From positions 186,001 through 250,000 of the forward strand of contig CM035360.1 in NCBI GenBank assembly GCA_020137815.1: DNA of 64,000 nucleotides, given 5' to 3'. The DNA comes from Hormiphora californensis. Taxonomy: Eukaryota; Animalia; Ctenophora. The position numbers and the translations under genes were made by a program. Numbering within the stretch: position 1 is the stretch's first letter; each line of letters starts with the position of its first letter. A model generated the notes under the pieces. It was not told where the DNA came from. It did no database searches and was given only the letters and a program-made list of their open reading frames with translations. This document shows, piece after piece, positions 1-35,472 of this stretch.

Positions 1-418
1 CATCCCAACATCTCTATATATCCCAATATCTCACAATATCTTCCCAATATCCCAATATCTCACTATTATAATCAAGCACGTTAGGATAATATTAATCTCA
101 AAGCAAAGCCTATTTTTCTGGGCAAAATAATCAAGTTAGACATATTGGCCGCATAATAAACATAATATATGGGATTCTGGTAAAAGCAATAACATATATT
201 ATTATAGCAACATGCAGCTTTTCACACCTCCCTCTCACTAGGTTGAGGGGGAGAGTCAATGAAAGCAAGACTAACTCAGGGAGAGTCAATGAAAGCAAGA
301 CTAACTTGAGGGGGGGAGTCTAACTAGAGAGATATTGTTTGTCGTGCAGTTTACTTGTAAACACGATGGAGCTTTTTCGCTCAGAGATTTACTAGTATTC
401 CATCAAGCGTTAGTCGTT

Positions 419-613
<195 letters not shown>

Positions 614-1730
614 GTGTAAGAAAGCTTTTATTTGTCATGCAGCATCGCGAATATTTTTAAACAGTCACGAACTTAAATAGAAAATTAATAGAGACTAGCT
701 GATGTTAGTATTATAAGAAACAGTATTAGATGATTATATAAGTTGTGACATTTGTAAACAAACAAATGATGAGTGACAGAAGCATATAAATGATAAAGCA
801 GATCAGCATGTAGGAAAACCAGTTTTCCCCACATGCACATGAATCCATTGTCCCCACTTTATGCGTGATTCTTCGTGAATATATCTCACGCTTCGCCTAT
901 AATATATTTGTGTCCTTGAAATTTAGAGCATAGAATACGAAAGACCAATTCTTTCACTATTTCAAAGACCACACGGTATCTCTCAAAGGAATGGGGGTTG
1001 CACATTTGTAAGGAAAATCAGAGCTAGACTATAATAGGGAGAGAGCACTTTTCCGGAGAAACACAATATATCGCAACACATATGATCTGCATTTGATGAG
1101 GGAACAATGGGTAGATCTCTATAGATCTCGTAGCTTGTTGCATTACAGAGGGTCAGAAAGAACTGTGATTACACGTGGTATCGTGATCTGAGGATCTTAC
1201 AAAGAAAAGCGCCGATATAACCAAACCTATCAAGTTTATTAGATCCTAATTCTAGAGAGACGTCTTTAACGCGTTATAAGTGAGTAACAGAGTTATAAAT
1301 GTTATCCAATGACATTTAGAATTATCTCGATATATTATTAGAGGACAGATGAGAGCAATTCAGCACATGAAATGAATATTGAATAACCCATATCACTAAT
1401 AGTGATAGCCTTATAAAACCGCATTGATATAGCACATAAAACTGTATTTCCTATCTTATTCCTATGCTAAAAGGATAGACAAATCATAGTGCTGCAGCAG
1501 CTACGGTCTACCCGAATGTCATCTTAACTGATCTCAGCAACATGGGAAAATGAATATGATCGATGGTGAGAGATAAATATATCTCTACCAGGTTTTAAAA
1601 ATCATAAATATCCTATCATTCTCATGTTACAGATGAGAGAGGGACATGATAGAGAGAGAGAGAGATAGAGAGAGAGGTACATGATATTGAGAGAGAGAAG
1701 GAGAAAGAGAGAGATAGTCAGAGACATGAT

Positions 1731-1800
<70 letters not shown>

Positions 1801-1920
1801 CATGATAGAGAGAGACATGATAGAGAGATAGATAGCGAGAGACAGTGAGAGAGGGACATGATAGAGAGAGAGTGAGATAGAGAGTGAGAGTGAGAGAGAG
1901 AGAGAGAGAGAGAGGGACAT

Positions 1921-1998
<78 letters not shown>

Positions 1999-2304
1999 CA
2001 TGATAGAGAGAGAGACATGATAGAAACAGAGATAGATTGATATATTGATAGAGACTAGAGAGAGGGAGAGAGAGAGAGAAAGGGTGTAATATCGAAAGAG
2101 CTATGAGTGAGCGAGGGGGGTGACATTGCTAAAAAGACAGGGGCGAGGCCGAGGGTGTGACTTGGAGATTCATTGTGAATCCAAGATTACTGACATTTTG
2201 GGATACATTAAAGCGCTTAGCCATTTAAAAAAGGATATAACATATAGCAAACCAGGGAGAGAAAGACGCGCTGGTCTCATGAATCTTGGTGTTTTGATTT
2301 CTTG

Positions 2305-25868
<23,564 letters not shown>

Positions 25869-25872
25869 GGAC

Positions 25873-27570
25873 GGAGTGCCTCGCTTTATTAACCCTAAAA
25901 CAAAATGGAGTGCCTCGCTTTATTAACCCTAAAACAAAATGGAGTGCCTCGCTTTATTAACCCTAAAACAAAATGGAGTGCCTCGCTTTATTAACCCTAA
26001 AACAAAATGGAGTGCCTCGCTTTATTAACCCTAAAACAAAATGGAGTTCCTCGCTTTATTAACCCTAAAACAAAATGGAGTGCCTCGCTTTATTAACCCT
26101 AAAACAAAATGGAGTGCCTCGCTTTATTAACCCTAAAACAAAATGGAGTGCCTCGCTTTATTAACCCTAAAACAAAATGGAGTGCCTCGCTTTATTAACC
26201 CTAAAACAAAATGGAGTTCCTCGCTTTATTAACCCTAAAACAAAATGGAGTGCCTCGCTTTATTAACCCTAAAACAAAATGGAGTGCCTCGCTTTATTAA
26301 CCCTAAAACAAAATGGAGTGCCTCGCTTTATTAACCCTAAAACAAAATGGAGTGCCTCGCTTTATTAACCCTAAAACAAAATGGAGTGCCTCGCTTTATT
26401 AACCCTAAAACAAAATGGAGTGCCTCGCTTTATTAACCCTAAAACAAAATGGAGTGCCTCGCTTTATTAACCCTAAAACAAAATGGAGTGCCTCGCTTTA
26501 TTAACCCTAAAACAAAATGGAGTGCCTCGCTTTATTAACCCTAAAACAAAATGGAGTGCCTCGCTTTATTAACCCTAAAACAAAATGGAGTGCCTCGCTT
26601 TATTAACCCTAAAACAAAATGGAGTGCCTCGCTTTATTAACCCTAAAACAAAATGGAGTGCCTCGCTTTATTAACCCTAAAACAAAATGGAGTGCCTCGC
26701 TTTATTAACCCTAAAACAAAATGGAGTGCCTCGCTTTATTAACCCTAAAACAAAATGGAGTGCCTCGCTTTATTAACCCTAAAACAAAATGGAGTGCCTC
26801 GCTTTATTAACCCTAAAACAAAATGGAGTGCCTCGCTTTATTAACCCTAAAACAAAATGGAGTGCCTCGCTTTATTAACCCTAAAACAAAATGGAGTGCC
26901 TCGCTTTATTAACCCTAAAACAAAATGGAGTGCCTCGCTTTATTAACCCTAAAACAAAATGGAGTGCCTCGCTTTATTAACCCTAAAACAAAATGGAGTG
27001 CCTCGCTTTATTAACCCTAAAACAAAATGGAGTGCCTCGCTTTATTAACCCTAAAACAAAATGGAGTGCCTCGCTTTATTAACCCTAAAACAAAATGGAG
27101 TGCCTCGCTTTATTAACCCTAAAACAAAATGGAGTGCCTCGCTTTATTAACCCTAAAACAAAATGGAGTGCCTCGCTTTATTAACCCTAAAACAAAATGG
27201 AGTGCCTCGCTTTATTAACCCTAAAACAAAATGGAGTGCCTCGCTTTATTAACCCTAAAACAAAATGGAGTGCCTCGCTTTATTAACCCTAAAACAAAAT
27301 GGAGTGCCTCGCTTTATTAACCCTAAAACAAAATGGAGTGCCTCGCTTTATTAACCCTAAAACAAAATGGAGTGCCTCGCTTTATTAACCCTAAAACAAA
27401 ATGGAGTGCCTCGCTTTATTAACCCTAAAACAAAATGGAGTGCCTCGCTTTATTAACCCTAAAACAAAATGGAGTGCCTCGCTTTATTAACCCTAAAACA
27501 AAATGGAGTGCCTCGCTTTATTAACCCTAAAACAAAATGGAGTGCCTCGCTTTATTAACCCTAAAACAAA
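25873..27570 (-). repeat. 34-bp tandem array (~50 copies) = splice acceptor plus exon start
   Basis: Minus-strand unit tttgttttag|GGTTAATAAAGCGAGGCACTCCAT. The last copy runs into the ATG-bearing exon of the host gene. Confidence 0.95.
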
Positions 27571-27652
27571 TCATCATAAATGATATCTTGCTCGAACCTT
27601 TCTCACCATGACACCCCGGGACAACAAATATTGTATAGGAGGAGAACAAAAC

Positions 27653-27736
27653 AAATTTGTTGCCTTTAGCACGGAAAATAAACTTGCAAATTATCATAAT
27701 TTGCAAGTTTATTTTCCGTGCTAAAGGCAACAAATT
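27653..27736. repeat. Perfect hairpin with ~40-bp arms
   Basis: aatttgttgcctttagcacggaaaataaacttgcaaattat-c-ataatttgcaagtttattttccgtgctaaaggcaacaaatt. Confidence 0.9.
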
Positions 27737-28115
27737 ATTATGGCTATAGTTTCGTTAAATTCTTTGATGTTCGGGTAAATTAAGGATAATTATTCATAAC
27801 AAGCTTCAAGAAGGAATGACAAATAATTGAGATTTGAAAAACGCACAAAAAGGTGTGTCCTGTGAAAGTATAAAACACAATTGAATGGTTAATTAGCTTG
27901 TTAGTGTGAATTCGATCCAGAAAAAACACGGGAAACAGAGAGACTCATTCAAGGCTCATTGTGAAAAACAGAGAGACTCTTTCAAAGCTCATTGTGAAAA
28001 CCAGAGAGAAAGTGGAACTCTGATGAGATCTGGACGGTTCGTTAAGATCTAGTTACAGAAGAATAGAGGCGAGGGCGTATTATGATAGCTGGCCGAGAGG
28101 TAGTTACCACGGACC

Positions 28116-28181
<66 letters not shown>

Positions 28182-29108
28182 ATAGTGGAGAGAGATAGGA
28201 TGCTATCAATCGATCCTAGCTAGAGAGATTAGCTAGATATAAGAGACTCTCATCCGCATTCTAGCGAGCGAGCTCTCATCTCGATAGCGATCTGCGCGCT
28301 CTCTCTGCGCTCTCCTCTCTGCTCTCTCGTCTATCTCTCGTCTCTCTCCTCGCTCTCCTCTGCCCTCTCTCGAGCTCTCGCTCGCTCTTCTCTGCGTTCT
28401 ATCTCATACTCTCTTCGTCATTCTCTAGCTAGGTCTTCTCTCGTAGCGCCTTCTCGCTCTATCTTCATTGTTCTCTGCTCTCTCTCTCTCTCTCTCTCTC
28501 TCTCGCTCTCATCTCTCTTAAGAAGAGGAGATGAGAGAGAGAGAGAGTGAACGAGGTTATGTTTCAAGGGTACAACGATAGAAGAAAAGAATGAGAAAGA
28601 GAGAAAAGAAAACACGAGTGCGCACAGCACATATAATGTATGATTGACTTACTCATCTAGTCAAGTGGACACCAACAGTTCCCTCCCTGAGCAGTGGAGC
28701 GTATCCCTCTCTTTCTTGTTGATTCCCAACAATCTCTTTCGCTATCTTCCTCGGTCCATGATTCCACGTTACTAAAATAAAGTATTTAAAATCAGGAAAT
28801 GCAATTAATTTACCGCAAGTACTACATATAATTTAGATTATACGAAGATTATAATTACAAACATGTAAATATTAATAATACATAATATATTCAAGAATTC
28901 CTGAATATTAACTATTAATGAACTATTAATATTAAAAGAAGTCATGAAGTCTACATTCGGCCCCACCCACTCATGTTCTCACAGGTAAAATAGAACACAG
29001 TACACGTGTGTAAACAACCATGAGAGATACACATGGCAACGTAAACACACTGGTGACGCGATATATATCATGTTTTTAGCATACTTGACTATCATGTTGA
29101 ACATTAAC

Positions 29109-29650
29109 ATACACGTGTTACCCCCGGACTAATACACGTGTTACCCCCGGACTAATACACGTGTTAACCCCGGACTAATACACGTGTTACCCCCGGACTA
29201 ATACACGTGTTAACCCCGGACTAATACACGTGTTACCCCCGGACTAATACCCGTGTTAACCCCGGACTAATACACGTGTTACCCCCGGACTAATACCCGT
29301 GTTAACCCCGGACTAATACACGTGTTAACCCCGGACTAATACACGTGTTACCCCGGACTAATACACGTGTTAACCCCGGACTAATACACGTGTTAACCCC
29401 GGACTAATACACGTGTTAACCCCGGACTAATACACGTGTTACCCCGGACTAATACACGTGTTAACCCCGGACTAATACACGTGTTAACCCCGGACTAATA
29501 CACGTGTTACCCCGGACTAATACACGTGTTAACCCCGGACTAATACACGTGTTAACCCCGGACTAATACACTTGTTAACCCCGGACGAGTACACGTGTTA
29601 ACCCCGGACTAATACACGTGTTAACCCCGGACTAATACACGTGTTACCCC
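29109..29650. repeat. 23-24-bp minisatellite (~22 copies)
   Basis: Unit TAATACACGTGTTAACCCCGGAC. Confidence 0.95.
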
Positions 29651-29804
29651 CCCCCCCCCCAAATAATGAGTTTAGTCTTTCTAACAGTTAGCTCAGAAGT
29701 ATAGAAGGAGAATAGTCACATATCATATTGTCAGCTGCAGGCCCCATGTTTCAAATGCTGTTTATCTCAGACGGATGACTTGGTAGTAGCGGCTGAACCC
29801 CCAG

Positions 29805-29870
29805 AATACTGGTCCCTGATTGGCTGATAACCAGTCACGTGACCTAAATAACGAGTTCTGATTGGTTGTT
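29805..29870 (-). mobile_element. MITE fragment between two 41-bp copies of the GPCR C-terminus and stop
   Basis: 29767-29807 vs 29870-29910 direct repeat with a few mismatches. Confidence 0.85.
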
Positions 29871-31012
29871 CAGATAGATGACTTGGTAGTAGCGGCTGAC
29901 CCCCCAGAATTTGTACTTGGCAAACTGGCAGTAGTGCTGTCCTTCCTCCAGATACCCCTAACATGCAGGACCATGTCCCGTAGAGCTCCCCTCAGTGCCT
30001 GGTTCATCGCTATATTAGCTCCAGGAGAAGCTGCTGTCGCCAGGAACATCCCAGAGTATACAAGATCGAGGGGTATTGTGGTGGTGGTCCGGCTCCATAA
30101 CGTGTCTGGTGTGGTGACAAGGACTACCCAAGGACCTGTAGACAGGACAAAGAGACCCAGGGACACGAGGATGGACCACGGAACTCTGTGTTTCTCACGT
30201 GTTGCCATGGTTACCATGGCTGGTCGGTTTCCAACTTGTGGTCGGCAGGTGAACAGTGCTTTCTGGAGGGTTGGCAGTCTCATGGAGTTCTGGACACGTA
30301 CCACTGTCCTGTATATTGTGGCATAGAGAGCTGCTGTGAGAAGGATAGGAAGTCCCAGACCAACTCCCATCGCCAGGGCATGGAATGTGATACAGTCAGG
30401 ACCGGTTACTGCGTAGTGACAATACACCCCACCCTCCACCTCTAGTCCACAGAATCCCAGGAGCGGGGGAACGGACAGGGACACACTCAACACACCTATC
30501 AACACAGTGGCTGCCCTCTGGTTGCCCGGTCTCAGGTGTATCCTGAAGTGGAGGGGCCGCTGAATGAACACAAACCTAACCACCGTCATCAGCAGAATGG
30601 AGTAAGCGGTCAGGATCAGGGCACCTAGTTCTCCCGTGGCTCTAATCTCACACAACATCAGTGAGGCGAGACCTCCCCGGGCCACGAGGACCACATCCAC
30701 TATGATGGCCAGGACCAGGAGGAGCTGACAGACCGCGTACACCTGGATAGAGCTGTATACTCTCTGACAGCCCCTGAGGTAGGAGGAGATGAGGAGGATA
30801 AGGAGGATCGATGTTGCTATGGTAACCAGGAGAGAGGGAACAAACACAACCCGGGTCAAGTAGAACTCTCCATGGTGATCTGCAGCTGGGTTGTTATTGT
30901 TGTGATCAGGCTGCTGCTGCTGGGTGAAGGAGAGGAGGACGTTCAGGATGATATCTCCAGGAGGAGGTTTCCCCGAGGAGGGCTCGCTGTCAAAAGTCAC
31001 ACCGGATGCCAT
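29870..31012 (-). CDS. Intronless rhodopsin-class (class A-like) GPCR, 380 aa
   Basis: Seven hydrophobic segments; Cys at the top of TM3 (LCEIR); 'VRFVFIQRPLHF' at the DRY position; TM4 'VPPLLG'; ECL2 Cys; TM5 'LPILLTAALYATIY'; TM6 'STGPW'. Confidence 0.88.
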   Translation of the reverse strand: MASGVTFDSEPSSGKPPPGDIILNVLLSFTQQQQPDHNNNNPAADHHGEFYLTRVVFVPSLLVTIATSILLILLISSYLRGCQRVYSSIQVYAVCQLLLVLAIIVDVVLVARGGLASLMLCEIRATGELGALILTAYSILLMTVVRFVFIQRPLHFRIHLRPGNQRAATVLIGVLSVSLSVPPLLGFCGLEVEGGVYCHYAVTGPDCITFHALAMGVGLGLPILLTAALYATIYRTVVRVQNSMRLPTLQKALFTCRPQVGNRPAMVTMATREKHRVPWSILVSLGLFVLSTGPWVVLVTTPDTLWSRTTTTIPLDLVYSGMFLATAASPGANIAMNQALRGALRDMVLHVRGIWRKDSTTASLPSTNSGGSAATTKSSI

Positions 31013-32039
31013 AATATATCCTAAAATATAATATTGGACGCTGGTTTTGTTGTGTGGCTCACACTACTCTGCGAGGGTTCGGTAGATCAACTTTGTTTGG
31101 TGCTAATTTTTCGTCCGAAGACAGTACGAACAGTTCATGCTTGGGCAGCTAAAACAGCTAAACATCTAAACTGCAAGAAAAGCTAGGCCACAGCAGCTGA
31201 GATCGATCAGTGATGCACTGTTTACCGAGTTGCAGTTTCCTATTAATCAGTCACTGTATATCACGTCAGATATCAGATATATTATACACGTGTCACCCTA
31301 AACAACCTACTATTTCTGATGGTGACATGCACTGTGACACAATATCCCTGACAGGCACTGTGACACATGTGTGCATTGTGACACAATATATGACGGCCTT
31401 TACTGCAGGAGATTACACGTGAGTGAGTGAGGTTACTGTACGATATCTTCATCACCGTATTTTCATTTTGTCCCTGTTGACCCAGCCGGAAGGAGATACC
31501 ATCTCTACAAACTATTATCATGCGGCTCATAAACAATTATCCGATACTTATCCTGTGTAACCAAGAGTAATATTGTGTTACATATATTGAGTGCTGACCC
31601 CAGAGACTAAAGCACGACTCTAGATCACGGGTAAAACGTTGTATCTCTGATTGTTAGATCAGATGTGGTGATGGGCAAATTGTTATTTGTCCACTACACA
31701 GTGATCTCGTTTTACCACGTCCATTTCCGCTTTACTACCACATTGTTTGTCTAGATATAAGATCACTCGTTCACCATCATGTACAGACTAGTTCAGACTT
31801 GAGAACAACCTTATTGTGTGCCTTGATTTCGTCTTGTAACTACACTTAAACAACGTTACTATACGGACTGTTACTATACGGACTGTTTTTCTGAGTATAT
31901 CTTAATTGTTTTGATAAACCAAAGATCCTATCCTACGCTCACCCTTTAACTGTTCCCTAGGCCTAGTCTAGGCCTAGTCTAGGCCTAGGGAACAGTTAAG
32001 TTGTCTAGGCCGCCTAGACAACATATACTAATTGTTTAG

Positions 32040-35000
32040 TGTTCCCTAGGCGACATGATGCGACTTGTAATACTTCTAGTTGGGTGTCTGGTGACTGTAA
32101 CCACTGCTCTGTTCCCTAGGCGACATGATGCGACTTGTAATACTTCTAGTTGGGTGTCTGGTGACTGTAACCACTGCTCTGTTCCCTAGGCGACATGATG
32201 CGACTTGTAATACTTCTAGTTGGGTGTCTGGTGGCTGTAACCACTGCTCTGTTCCCTAGGCGACATGATGCGACTTGTAATACTTCTAGTTGGGTGTCTG
32301 GTGACTGTAACCACTGCTCTGTTCCCTAGGCGACATGATGCGACTTGTAATACTTCTAGTTGGGTGTCTGGTGACTGTAACCACTGCTCTGTTCCCTAGG
32401 CGACATGATGCGACTTGTAATACTTCTAGTTGGGTGTCTGGTGACTGTAACCACTGCTCTGTTCCCTAGGCGACATGATGCGACTTGTAATACTTCTAGT
32501 TGGGTGTCTGGTGACTGTAACCACTGCTCTGTTCCCTAGGCGACATGATGCGACTTGTAATACTTCTAGTTGGGTGTCTGGTGACTGTAACCACTGCTCT
32601 GTTCCCTAGGCGACATGATGCGACTTGTAATACTTCTAGTTGGGTGTCTGGTGACTGTAACCACTGCTCTGTTCCCTAGGAGACATGATGCGACTTGTAA
32701 TACTTCTAGTTGGGTGTCTGGTGACTGTAACCACTGCTCTGTTCCCTAGGCGACATGATGCGACTTGTAATACTTCTAGTTGGGTGTCTGGTGACTGTAA
32801 CCACTGCTCTGTTCCCTAGGCGACATGATGCGACTTGTAATACTTCTAGTTGGGTGTCTGGTGACTGTAACCACTGCTCTGTTCCCTAGGCGACATGATG
32901 CGACTTGTAATACTTCTAGTTGGGTGTCTGGTGACTGTAACCACTGCTCTGTTCCCTAGGCGACATGATGCGACTTGTAATACTTCTAGTTGGGTGTCTG
33001 GTGACTGTAACCACTGCTCTGTTCCCTAGGCGACATGATGCGACTTGTAATACTTCTAGTTGGGTGTCTGGTGACTGTAACCACTACTCTGTTCCCTAGG
33101 CGACATGATGCGACTTGTAATACTTCTAGTTGGGTGTCTGGTGACTGTAACCACTGCTCTGTTCCCTAGGCGACATGATGCGACTTGTAATACTTCTAGT
33201 TGGGTGTCTGGTGACTGTAACCAGTGCTCTGTTCCCTAGGCGACATGATGCGACTTGTAATACTTCTAGTTGGGTGTCTGGTGACTGTAACCACTGCTCT
33301 GTTCCCTAGGCGACATGATGCGACTTGTAATACTTCTAGTTGGGTGTCTGGTGACTGTAACCACTGCTCTGTTCCCTAGGCGACATGATGCGACTTGTAA
33401 TACTTCTAGTTGGGTGTCTGGTGACTGTAACCACTGCTCTGTTCCCTAGGCGACATGATGCGACTTGTAATACTTCTAGTTGGGTGTCTGGTGACTGTAA
33501 CCACTGCTCTGTTCCCTAGGCGACATGATGCGACTTGTAATACTTCTAGTTGGGTGTCTGGTGACTGTAACCACTGCTCTGTTCCCTAGGCGACATGATG
33601 CGACTTGTAATACTTCTAGTTGGGTGTCTGGTGACTGTAACCACTGCTTTGTTCCCTATAGGCGACATGATGCGACTTGTAATACTTCTAGTTGGGTGTC
33701 TGGTGACTGTAACCACTGCTCTGTTCCCTAGGCGACATGATGCGACTTGTAATACTTCTAGTTGGGTGTCTGGTGACTGTAACCACTGCTCTGTTCCCTA
33801 GGCGACATGATGCGACTTGTAATACTTCTAGTTGGGTGTCTGGTGACTGTAACCACTGCTCTGTTCCCTAGGCGACATGATGCGACTTGTAATACTTCTA
33901 GTTGGGTGTCTGGTGACTGTAACCACTGCTCTGTTCCCTAGGCGACATGATGCGACTTGTAATACTTCTAGTTGGGTGTCTGGTGACTGTAACCACTGCT
34001 CTGTTCCCTAGGCGACATGATGCGACTTGTAATACTTCTAGTTGGGTGTCTGGTGACTGTAACCACTGCTCTGTTCCCTAGGCGACATGATGCGACTTGT
34101 AATACTTCTAGTTGGGTGTCTGGTGACTGTAACCACTGCTCTGTTCCCTAGGCGACATGATGCGACTTGTAATACTTCTAGTTGGGTGTCTGGTGACTGT
34201 AACCACTGCTCTGTTCCCTAGGCGACATGATGCGACTTGTAATACTTCTAGTTGGGTGTCTGGTGACTGTAACCACTGCTCTGTTCCCTAGGCGACATGA
34301 TGCGACTTGTAATACTTCTAGTTGGGTGTCTGGTGACTGTAACCACTGCTCTGTTCCCTAGGCGACATGATGCGACTTGTAATACTTCTAGTTGGGTGTC
34401 TGGTGACTGTAACCACTGCTCTGTTCCCTAGGCGACATGATGCGACTTGTAATACTTCTAGTTGGGTGTCTGGTGACTGTAACCACTGCTCTGTTCCCTA
34501 GGCGACATGATGCGACTTGTAATACTTCTAGTTGGGTGTCTGGTGACTGTAACCACTGCTCTGTTCCCTAGGCGACATGATGCGACTTGTAATACTTCTA
34601 GTTGGGTGTCTGGTGACTGTAACCACTGCTCTGTTCCCTAGGCGACATGATGCGACTTGTAATACTTCTAGTTGGGTGTCTGGTGACTGTAACCACTGCT
34701 CTGTTCCCTAGGCGACATGATGCGACTTGTAATACTTCTAGTTGGGTGTCTGGTGACTGTAACCACTGCTCTGTTCCCTAGGCGACATGATGCGACTTGT
34801 AATACTTCTAGTTGGGTGTCTGGTGACTGTAACCACTGCTCTGTTCCCTAGGCGACATGATGCGACTTGTAATACTTCTAGTTGGGTGTCTGGTGACTGT
34901 AACCACTGCTCTGTTCCCTAGGCGACATGATGCGACTTGTAATACTTCTAGTTGGGTGTCTGGTGACTGTAACCACTGCTCTGTTCCCTAGGCGACATGA

Positions 35001-35472
35001 TGCGACTTGTAATACTTCTAGTTGGGTGTCTGGTGACTGTAACCACTGCTCTGTTCCCTAGGCGACATGATGCGACTTGTAATACTTCTAGTTGGGTGTC
35101 TGGTGACTGTAACCACTGCTCTGTTCCCTAGGCGACATGATGCGACTTGTAATACTTCTAGTTGGGTGTCTGGTGACTGTAACCACTGCTCTGTTCCCTA
35201 GGCGACATGATGCGACTTGTAATACTTCTAGTTGGGTGTCTGGTGACTGTAACCACTGCTCTGTTCCCTAGGCGACATGATGCGACTTGTAATACTTCTA
35301 GTTGGGTGTCTGGTGACTGTAACCACTGCTCTGTTCCCTAGGCGACATGATGCGACTTGTAATACTTCTAGTTGGGTGTCTGGTGACTGTAACCACTGCT
35401 CTGTTCCCTAGGCGACATGATGCGACTTGTAATACTTCTAGTTGGGTGTCTGGTGACTGTAACCACTGCTCT
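32040..35472 (+). repeat. 70-bp tandem array (~49 copies) = acceptor + start codon + signal peptide
   Basis: Unit gttccctag|GCGACATGATGCGACTTGTAATACTTCTAGTTGGGTGTCTGGTGACTGTAACCACTGCTCT. Only the last copy continues into the mature protein. Confidence 0.96.

Noticed and set aside
25873-27570. Telomeric or subtelomeric repeat (TAACCCTAA in the unit)
   Set aside because: Only one hexamer per 34-bp unit, explained by the ttttag|GGTTA splice junction.
29870-31012. Opsin
   Set aside because: No lysine in predicted TM7 (YSGMFLATAASPGANIAM) for retinal attachment.
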